Source: Trichoplax adhaerens (Eukaryota > Animalia > Placozoa). Taken from it: a DNA stretch of 7,486 nt. Numbering within the stretch: position 1 is the first letter of the stretch; every line of letters starts with the position of its first letter. A program made the position numbers and the translations under genes. Location of the stretch: assembly GCF_000150275.1 (NCBI RefSeq), contig NW_002061036.1, forward strand, positions 1-7,486, in the 5' to 3' direction. The notes under the pieces were generated by a model, which saw only the letters and a list, made by a program, of their open reading frames with translations, did not search any database and had not been told where the DNA came from. Below are positions 1-7,466 of this stretch, piece by piece.

Positions 1-345
1 TATTTTAATGATTATCACCATAACGATACATTGAAGATCGTCGATTTTTTTCTGGCTAAAATGTAGGTATAATACTTAATACAGTATATTACTTATTTAT
101 GCTCATGCAATATCATAAATTAGTGAAGTGATACAAGAAATAATTTATCTTAACGTGAAAATCAGACAATAAAATTATCTACTACGCTTGCAATTTATAG
201 TTCTGTAGATTGACTAGTCAAAAATAAAAAGGAACAACTGGTAAGATCGGCGAATTTATAATTATACATAATGAAGATAATCAAGGATGGCTGCTGCCAT
301 TAAAGAATCGTATATAGCTTTTTCTTCTTTTACCTCTCTGGAAAA

Positions 346-450
346 TTGGCGGGCGTTGTAATATATTTAACACGTGATTGTAGATGCTTTAGCCAATCGT
401 ATTAGCGTACATGAGTCATTAGTTTGTATCGTATTGCGTAGATATAAAAG
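346..450 (+). promoter_or_regulatory. Putative RNA Pol II proximal promoter
   Basis: Cluster within ~105 nt: TTGGCGGGCG (346-355, E2F/GC-box-like), CACGTG (371-376), AGCCAATC (391-398), TGAGTCA (412-418), TATAAAAG (443-450). Confidence 0.5.
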
Positions 451-566
451 CTGTTAACTATCCTACGGCCGCTTGAGGTAGAACTCTTAAAAATATCTGG
501 CAAACGGAGCTACATCACCGTTATCCTATTTACTAATCTCCCTGGCACGTATCAGAAATATTACAG

Positions 567-610
567 GATTGACTAAAATTTTAACGTCAAACTACAATCC
601 ATTGAAGCAG
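567..610 (+). other. Candidate non-coding 5'UTR exon
   Basis: ttacag| acceptor at 566 with branch-like TACTAAT at 531-537, and donor gcag|gtataa at 610/611. An upstream donor gag|gtagaa at 478 would give an 89-nt intron. No ATG; would splice to the acceptor at 1142. Confidence 0.4.
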
Positions 611-1162
611 GTATAATAATAGTGTCCGAGATTTGAAGTTTTAGACTATATCTTCTCTTTAACATTTATTCCACTAGTGATTTTATGATCTATTTGAGTC
701 TATTTCGTTGATGGTTTACATCTTACAACGACTTTATTGTGCACTCAAATCGATCTGATCGCTTCTATTATACCCTTTTAACTTGACTTACTACAAATAG
801 CGGACAATAACTAAAGTGCTACTTCAACTTCATTCATTTGATGAAATCAATTGAAGTGTTGAATACGTAAATAGCATTTATCTCGTACTACAATACTATC
901 ATAACTCTAGTAATTCGCAAGATAATTTATACCGTAAGCGATGAGATAGCAATTAACTTAGTCTAAAAGAATCAGCATAATGCTGTAAAGGAATGTAGGC
1001 GAAATAGCTGACTGAAACTCAACTTATCCTTTTAAAGTACTTCGTTTTTCATAGCTTATTTTAATTCATATCCGGTATACATGTATACCGTATGTATTGC
1101 TCCCAATTTATCTTAAATTGGATCTTGCATATTTTCATATAGGAGTAACAGCTACGTATAAA

Positions 1163-1430
1163 ATGGTTGTAAGCCGAGCTATTAAAGGAGTCATTGAAAA
1201 AAATTATTTAGAAATAAGCAGAAGTGTCCCTTTGGTACATATACTATATGCTCTACGTGGTGTACAAATTTTATCTAATGAAGAAGTCGAAAAACTGAGA
1301 GATGACTGTAAAACTGACGACGAACGAGCCTTTGAATTCCTAAAAGTACTGGAATCAAGGAGCGATAATAACTTTTATCAATTTTGTTGCTTGCTAAGAG
1401 AGAGCAATATTCGTAATGTTCGAAAACTTG
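1163..1430 (+). CDS. First coding exon: CARD (death-fold) domain
   Basis: Acceptor ttttcatatag| ends at 1142, ATG at 1163, donor cttg|gtaaac (phase 1). MVVSRAIKGVIEKNYLEISRSVPLVHILYALRGVQILSNEEVEKLRDDCKTDDERAFEFLKVLESRSDNNFYQFCCLLRESNIRNVRKL shows the CARD pattern ILSxEExE...T...RA..FL..L..R....F..FC..LRE. Confidence 0.85.
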
Positions 1431-4400
1431 GTAAACGATNNNNNNNNNNNNNNNNNNNNNNNNNNNNNNNNNNNNNNNNNNNNNNNNNNNNNNNNNNNNN
1501 NNNNNNNNNNNNNNNNNNNNNNNNNNNNNNNNNNTAGATAGTTTAACAAGTCGAAATCAAGCAACTAGTAGTCGAACTAAAGCTTCTAAAAGTAATATTT
1601 AAAGCATCATTAGACTATTCTCAAAGATCGTCTTTTAAATAAAAGTATTNTAATATATATCCTACTTTATGTCAATCTAGAAAGAGCTGCAAGTTCCACT
1701 CATACAACAGATAGCCAAGTTCGACAAGTGAAAAGTAACTATATAAGCGTCATAAAAATACTCTGGCAGATGTTATTTACATGATGATATTTTTTCTAAA
1801 TGTATTTTATTTATATTCATTAATAGTAACTGTTGCAGTTATCAAGTATATTTAATTCTCAATTTATCAATCTATTATACAATTTGCTATAACTACTGTA
1901 TATTAGCGTCCCGTTGCTCGAATTTAAAACAGTTTGACGTTAATTGTATCGCATATAATAATCACATGTATTAAACTTCTGATTACTTTTAAAACTAGAA
2001 AATCGGATATCATCTTCATCTTCTAACAAACAAGTAAAATCGACGTTACCTGACGATATCACACCAAAGCAGAAAGAGCCTGTCAATACAGGTATACAAA
2101 ATATACATATTCAGTGAAAGAGTAGGACGTATATAAATTAGTTAGTCTATTATTTCTAAGATATGCTGTTGTCTTCGTAAGATATTTTAATTGTATACCG
2201 ATGATGCCTACTGAAAATGAGTAATATTAATTGTATCTGTTACTGTGGTAGTTTAATCACGGAAAACTGCCGTAAAATACTATCCAATTAATTGATCAAT
2301 CCAAGAGTTTCCTTGGTTAATACAAAGTTATAATTTGAACACAGTACATAAATTTTATACAATATTTAAAAATATTTAAGTGATTGATTAGTAATGAGTT
2401 AAAGATTATAGTTAATGAAAGACTGCAGGAAGAACATCTACCTTGTAACACATAAGACTAAAGTGTATCTTGTTATATTTTTCACTTGTTAAGCGTACGC
2501 GTATTTCCAGAATAGATTAATATGGCCTTATTCATTTTGATTCACATCAGCGTTACGGAATATTTATTTTGTTTGCATGAGCGACAGTTCCTANNNNNNN
2601 NNNNNNNNNNNNNNNNNNNNNNNNNNNNNNNNNNNNNNNNNNNNNNNNNNNNNNNNNNNNNNNNNNNNNNNNNNNNNNNNNNNNNNNNNNNNNNNNNNNN
2701 NNNNNNNNNNNNNNNNNNNNNNNNNNNNNNNNNNNNNNNNNNNNNNNNNNNNNNNNNNNNNNNNNNNNNNNNNNNNNNNNNNNNNNNTCAAGCTTTTAAA
2801 TTTTTAAATAGTTTGACATTAATTGTATTACTTATAATAATCACAAGTATCACAATTCTGGTTGCTTTTATAACTAGAAAATCGTATATCTTCTTCATGT
2901 TCTACCGAACCCGTAAAATCGACATTATCTGACAATACCACACCGATGCAGACAGCGCCTATGAATACAGGCATAATAGCTTACCAAACTGCAATATAAG
3001 CTACTTTATCATAAATTATATATTATCTTACATTGTATTAGTTCTACGCGTAACTACAATATAAAGATTAAAAGGTTCATGATTGTATATAACACTATAC
3101 ATAATTATATACGAGTAATACACGAAGATTTTTAATTTATAATTTCTATTTACGTAGCTATATCGATAGGTAAGAATTTTAAAGCTTTTGATATACGGAT
3201 ATTGCTGTAATTTAACAGTACCGTAAATATTTGTCGATGCTTAAATTAAAAAGAGATGATGTATGTAGGCAGACTGCATTCAAACTGAGGTAGATTACTA
3301 TCTAATGAATTGATCAATCCAATAGTTTCCTTATTTATTACACGGCTGTAATTTTAACATAGAATATCGATTTTATTCAAAACTTGAAGTTACTTCAATG
3401 ATAATTTAACAATGAGAGATTGTAGTTAATATCTAAAAGAATGAAGTAACAACTTCTGCCTTCCAACACATAGGACGAAGACATACCTAGTTATATTTGT
3501 ACTTGTTTAACGCACGTAAATAAATGAGTTAGTCTGTTATTTCTAAGATCTGCTGTTATCTTCGTAAGATATTTTACCTGTATACGATGACGTCTACTGA
3601 TATCGAATAATATTAATCGTATCTGTTACTGTGCTAGTCTAAATACGTAAAACTGATATAAAATACTACCCAATTAATTGATCGACCCGAGGGTTTCCAT
3701 GTTTAATATAGAATTGTGATTTTAACATAGTATGTCAATTTTATACAATATTTAAAATTCTTGAAATGATTTACTGCTAAAAAGTTGTAGATTATAGTTC
3801 AATGAAAGAATTTTGTAAGAACATCTACCTTCCAACACATAAGACTTAAGTACACCTAGTTATGTTTTCACTTATTTAACGTAAGCGTATTTCCTGAACA
3901 GATTAATATGGGCTTATTCTTTTAATTCATCATCAGTGTCGCGCAATATTCAATTTTATTTGCGTGAGTGACAGTTCTTTAAATCTGCGATAAAACCTGT
4001 TTTTTATATCAAAAATCAGTTTAGAAATTCATTAGACGTTCAAACGCTCTTGCTACTAGATTAAGGATATTATTTGTTGAGTTTTACTAGTCGTGTTTAT
4101 CCAGTGCAAGTTTAGAATATGCCAGTTATTGTACCGTTAATCTCATAAGCATTTACTATGAGTTTCATTTATAATGGGAAAATAATCGTTCTTGCTCAAC
4201 GCTAAAGACGAAAGGCAATTGTGACATGTCCTTTCCAATTTATTAAATCCTCCATTATACATAATTCATTCCACAATTAGAAATTCCTCTTCGACAGCTT
4301 CCTCAAACTCCAGAGAGTCACCACGTTATAAGAAAGGACATTGTAGACCAAATTTGTACTCAATTACAGGAAATAGACAAGTCAAATGGTAAAATTTTAA

Positions 4401-7400
4401 TACATGGTATGGCTGGTAGTGGTAAAACAACAACTGTTTGCCAGTCTGTTAGACAAGCTACTAATATGGGCTTATTTAAATCAAATGGCTGTTACTGGAT
4501 GAAAATCGGTAAGTTTGCAAGTCTTATAGATGATATTTCAAGTGTTAATAAGTAATTTATTTGGGCGACTATTACTGTACAATTACCCATACAATGTATC
4601 TGCAAAATTGATCAATTCGAATTTGAAGTAGAGCATAAGCTTACCCCACCTGTCCCTTATCTTTATTCTATAAACATGATGTAGCAAAAGTAATTACAGA
4701 CTACGATATAGCAAAAATAGTTGTCTTACCGCATTAAATGACGTTGAAATTGATGACAATTTATAATTAACAGTACAGTAAAGTATACTTTCTAGTATAT
4801 GAGAATCAACTATAAATTCCTATTCAAATTAATAAGTGTAACCTGATTTAAAAATCATAACACCGTGGAATTTTTCTACTTTAAAAAAATTTGGCCATAT
4901 TTAACCAGTAGTGGAAAGTATTATGATTGTGTACTATTTTTAGGCAATATTACGTCGAGAGATAAAATGAAATCGAACCATAATTTTGTTAGGGTTAGAT
5001 CTTTAGGGATTATCGATAAGTGGGTTATCATGTTATTAACCCTTTATCTACTGGAGCGAATAAAGTAAAATGTTCTAAAACGCAAAAATAAGATGGGAAA
5101 AGAGATACATATTTGTTAGATCCTTTAAACTTAACTTTGTTGAAATGTACGCGCTGCCGAAGGTCGTTAAATTGCCATACTTGTTTAAAGCAGCGATGGT
5201 GATTCATATTTATCTTAATTTAGGCCATATATCTAATATCGAGTTATGCCAGGAACTCAAGATATTAGGTATCAGACTTAATATGGAATGGAAAGAGAAT
5301 ATTCAATCTATCGGCGAGATTTGTGCTCATCTCAGTTCTAGTCTAGAAGGTGATTTTTGAGCCTTTTATAAGTAATTCCATGTCAACTTGAATTATACTT
5401 AAGGTACAGTATTAATAAGTATTTGATTATTCTTATAACAGCAAATAGCCGACTATCCGATACGCTATTTATTTTTTTGACGATATCTGGAAAAAGGATC
5501 ATTACGAATACTTATCTTTTGCCAAAAAGTCAATCTCTACTTCACGATTTAAGTATCTAGAAAATGAGCTCGACCATCACTGCATCAGTTTACCGGTTAG
5601 TTTTGTAATTCAGTTTCTTATATATTGCAGTATAATTTGGAATCAGCAAATATTGATGTCGATGTTCTCTTGATTAATCAATCCACTTTACATGATTCTT
5701 CTTTTAAATTCATATGTTGAAATTTATGTTGGATAAAATATAGTTATAAGTGTCGATACAGTTAAATTGCTCTGATGATATTGTTCATTTCATGCGATAA
5801 AAGGTCAAAAATGAATTTATAATTTTTTCCAACTGCATTGATTAAAGTGGCATGGAGGATAGTGTTATAGTTGAAGAAAACTTCACCGCTATGATTTCTC
5901 TATTTTGTCATTAAGTAACCTATCCGAACAATTATGATGAATACAATTCTTATTTCATATACTCTCTTGTATAGGAAAATCTAACGTATGACGAAGCTAT
6001 AGAACTGCTTGCGTTACTTGCCGGTAACGATAATGCTCAGACATTGCGTGAAAATCCAGTTGTTAAGAAAGTTATCGACAGTTGTCAAGGTTTACCATTA
6101 GCTATCGCTTTAATTGGTGGTCTTGATTTAAAAACTGAGAAAGAGTGGAATGCAGCAAAGGATATCATTGCCGATGAGTCTATAGATATTGGATTAGCTC
6201 ATTACGATTTCAATCTATACGGGACTTTACAATTAAGTGTTGATTCTTTGGATAATGAGAATAAACGATTATTTGAGAAACTAGCTGTATTTAAGCGAGT
6301 CAGTATTCCTATTCAATCTGTTACATCGTTATGGTACTACAATGAAATCAATAAAATCAAAGCTCAGAAAAAAGCTCAGCTTCTCCTAAGGGAAATGCAT
6401 AACAAATCATTACTTACATATGATAAAGAAAAGTAAGTTTAATCAGGTTTCGGTTTGTAGAACGTATTGAAATAGACACAAAGTAAAATTGCTATACACT
6501 TAGAGCATTAATCATGTTTGAACACTGATTATTTTTTAATTTTCGGGTAGAGTAGAATACTGCATATCCAAGTTAACTTAATTGAGTGATGTCCAATTTT
6601 GCAATGCTTTATATTTTAATATTCAAAGCATGACCTAGTGTGCCCTTTTAGACATATATAGTTACAGATATAGAATGAACAGATTGATAAGTATTTTAAA
6701 TTGATTGTAAATGTACAGTACTTGCATGTCGAATAAGCTATCATATATCTGCTTTATGTTAATTTTGGTTAGAATACTGTACGCCCAAGTTAAGTTAATG
6801 GAGTGATTTTGCAATGCCTTATAGGTATGGAATGAACAGATTGAACGAGTGTAACTTGTAGATATATTTAGTTATTGGTATACAAGTGCAATAAGCTAGG
6901 ATATATGCAATTTTTAACATACAGAGCAACGCTGCCAATACTACTCATTTTTATAATTATAAATGGACTGCTAGTCATTCCAGCGCTTTCTTTTAAAATA
7001 CGACTAATATCGTTTTAATGGTTAATTTACATTCAGAACTGGGAGGATTTCGATCAACTCAAGCAGCTCCTCAAGCAGCAACAACCTTGCCTCGATGTAG
7101 TCGATCGAGATGTTATTCAAATGATCTTGTGGGTTGACATGTCAGATAGTTGGATAAAACAGCGAGCTTTGCAATTAGCTAAGGAAAATGTGCGAAATGG
7201 TGAAAGTTATTGGAGCATGTCAAGGTAAATAAACTACTTCCATTTTCATCAATCCATAGCAGTACTACCTACTGTAATTTACACTATACTGTCGATTCTG
7301 ACTTGCAAATAGGTGTTCAACTAGTGCAACAACTCAATATACTTATGATGCATGCAAAGCATTCGGTAAGAATGGATTGGATAAGTCTATATCAGTTTCG

Positions 7401-7466
7401 AATCCCGACTTTGGACCTTTGCGAATAATTGGTACTCAAAATAATTATGAAGACTGCCAAATTGTG
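1163..7466 (+). CDS. APAF1: Apaf-1/CED-4-like STAND NTPase gene (CARD - S/T linker - NB-ARC - HD2 - probable WD40), multi-exon, 3'-partial; reading frame disrupted as assembled (possible pseudogene)
   Basis: Hand-built exon chain: 1163-1430, 1538-1591, 1681-1734, 1999-2091, 2878-2970, 3158-3169, 4281-4508, 5224-5349, 5442-5595, 5975-6432, 7037-7224, 7313-7466. All have AG acceptors and GT donors except one GC donor. Motif order matches Apaf-1: CARD, IHGMAGSGKT, DDIW, TSR, CQGLPLAIALIGG, NKSLL, DVIQ...RALQLAKE. The symbol indicates family membership, not proven orthology. Confidence 0.88.
1538..1591 (+). CDS. Linker exon L1 (54 nt, phase 1-1)
   Basis: tag|ATAGT...TCTAAAA|gtaata; open frame xSLTSRNQATSSRTKASK. 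Acceptor context is mostly hidden by the gap. Confidence 0.6.
1681..1734 (+). CDS. Linker exon L2 (54 nt, phase 1-1)
   Basis: gtcaatctag|AAAGA...GTGAAAA|gtaact; open frame KRAASSTHTTDSQVRQVK. It follows an 89-nt intron, similar in size to other short introns here. Confidence 0.7.
1922..2093 (+). repeat. Exon-bearing duplication, copy 1 (intron 3' end plus L3); paired with ~2801-2972
   Basis: agtttgacgttaattgtatcgcatataataatcacatgtat... versus agtttgacattaattgtattacttataataatcacaagtat..., continuing through the 93-nt exon. Confidence 0.9.
1999..2091 (+). CDS. Linker exon L3 (93 nt, phase 1-1)
   Basis: acttttaaaactag|AAAAT...ACAG|gtatac; open frame NRISSSSSNKQVKSTLPDDITPKQKEPVNT. Confidence 0.72.
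2127..2592 (+). repeat. Intronic direct repeat copy A (~465 nt, runs into the gap)
   Basis: Collinear with 3514-3977; shared blocks include ttatttctaagat, tcttcgtaagatatttta, ccaattaattgatc, aattttatacaatatttaaaa, aagaacatctacctt, gacagttc. Confidence 0.92.
2801..2972 (+). repeat. Exon-bearing duplication, copy 2 (intron 3' end plus L4)
   Basis: Collinear with 1922-2093. Confidence 0.9.
2878..2970 (+). CDS. Linker exon L4 (93 nt duplicate of L3; GC donor; may be a pseudo-exon)
   Basis: gcttttataactag|AAAAT...ACAG|gcataa; open frame NRISSSCSTEPVKSTLSDNTTPMQTAPMNT; 76/93 nt identical to L3 with no indels. Confidence 0.5.
3158..3169 (+). CDS. Candidate 12-nt microexon L5 (phase 1-1)
   Basis: aatttctatttacgtag|CTATATCGATAG|gtaaga: near-consensus donor, T-rich acceptor, frame-preserving, encodes (A)ISI. 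Confidence 0.5.
   Translation, partial: LYR
3282..3518 (+). repeat. Intronic direct repeat, partial and more diverged copy C
   Basis: Matches ~2264-2503 and ~3649-3889 (aattgatcaatccaa.agtttcctt, ccttccaacacata, acctagttat); abuts copy B at acgta. Confidence 0.85.
3514..3977 (+). repeat. Intronic direct repeat copy B
   Basis: Collinear with 2127-2592. Confidence 0.92.
4281..4508 (+). CDS. NB-ARC exon with Walker A P-loop (absent from the ORF track)
   Basis: caattag|AAATT...ATCG|gtaagt, 228 nt, phase 1-1. EIPLRQLPQTPESHHVIRKDIVDQICTQLQEIDKSNGKILIHGMAGSGKTTTVCQSVRQATNMGLFKSNGCYWMKIG; GMAGSGKT at 4406-4429. Parallels Apaf-1 VPQRP..V.R...IHGMAGCGKS...W...G. Confidence 0.93.
5224..5349 (+). CDS. 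NB-ARC exon (helical segment between RNBS-A and Walker B)
   Basis: cttaatttag|GCCAT...GAAG|gtgatt, 126 nt, phase 1-1; GHISNIELCQELKILGIRLNMEWKENIQSIGEICAHLSSSLE. Confidence 0.85.
5442..5595 (+). CDS. NB-ARC exon with Walker B and sensor I; frameshift at the T7 run 5472-5478
   Basis: cttataacag|CAAAT...CCG|gttagt. The entry frame reads ANSRLSDTLFIF; DDIWKKDHYEYLSFAKKSISTSRFKYLENELDHHCISLP starts at 5479 in a different frame. Confidence 0.85.
5975..6432 (+). CDS. NB-ARC exon: HD1 (GxP/GLPL motif) and most of the winged-helix domain
   Basis: ctcttgtatag|GAAAAT...GAAAA|gtaagt (phase 0-2); ENLTYDEAIELLA...CQGLPLAIALIGG...LQLSVDSL...LAVF...IP...LW...EMHNKSLLTYDKEK. Confidence 0.93.
6536..6915 (+). 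repeat. Degenerate tandem duplication (~6536-6758 and ~6759-6915) in the intron after the winged-helix exon
   Basis: Shared ordered blocks ttaatttt, tagaatactg, ccaagttaa.ttaat.gagtgat, tttgcaatgc.ttata, gaatgaacagattga, aataagcta; the second copy has internal deletions. Confidence 0.82.
7037..7224 (+). CDS. Exon encoding the C-terminal end of Apaf-1 helical domain 2 (HD2)
   Basis: tttacattcag|AACTGG...TCAAG|gtaaat (phase 0-2); NWEDFDQLKQLLKQQQPCLDVVDRDVIQMILWVDMSDSWIKQRALQLAKENVRNGESYWSMS resembles Apaf-1 NIVQLGL....SEVYQQAKLQAKQEVDNG. Confidence 0.8.
7313..7466 (+). CDS. Exon after HD2, probable start of a divergent WD40/beta-propeller region
   Basis: cttgcaaatag|GTGTT...GTG|gtatgt (phase 2-0, compatible with the previous exon across an 88-nt intron); open frame RCSTSATTQYTYDACKAFGKNGLDKSISVSNPDFGPLRIIGTQNNYEDCQIV. 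The WD40 call rests on position only. Confidence 0.68.

Noticed and set aside
209-360. Possible exon 209-240 (ctg|gtaaga donor) and short ORF 286-360
   Set aside because: No recognisable protein similarity and no partner exon; cannot be supported from sequence alone.
1097-1162. N-terminal extension of the 146-aa ORF from a TTG start
   Set aside because: This is a eukaryotic locus: the stretch spans a splice acceptor at 1142 and the first ATG is at 1163. The ORF's 3' end is gap read-through.
2522-2932. ORF-track ORFs 2522-2932, 2577-2807 and 2591-2791
   Set aside because: Artefacts of reading through the N gap; the flanks are intronic repeat or the wrong frame of exon L4.
2127-3977. Intronic repeats as a CRISPR array, transposon or hidden coding exons
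   Set aside because: No repeat-spacer periodicity, no terminal inverted repeats or target-site duplications seen, and indels between copies break any shared reading frame.
4989-5008. TTAGGG telomere-like hexamers
   Set aside because: Only two non-tandem copies; not an array.
4865-5068. 67-aa ORF as a standalone gene
   Set aside because: GTG start, intronic position and no recognisable domain; only its 3' part is kept as a speculative cryptic exon.
4281-6432. Bacterial STAND/Avs defence system or plant NLR
   Set aside because: Spliceosomal introns, an N-terminal CARD and Apaf-1-like HD2 similarity indicate an animal Apaf-1-like gene.
6620-6661. YSKHDLV peptide resembling the LHD motif
   Set aside because: Bounded by an in-frame TAA just upstream and a TAG shortly after, with no suitable acceptor; probably chance.
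7058-7079. CTCAAGCAGC direct repeat
   Set aside because: Tiny in-frame coding duplication (LKQL-LKQQ) with no evident significance.
7210-7428. 72-aa ORF
   Set aside because: TTG start, crosses the 7225-7312 intron and is out of frame with the spliced exons.
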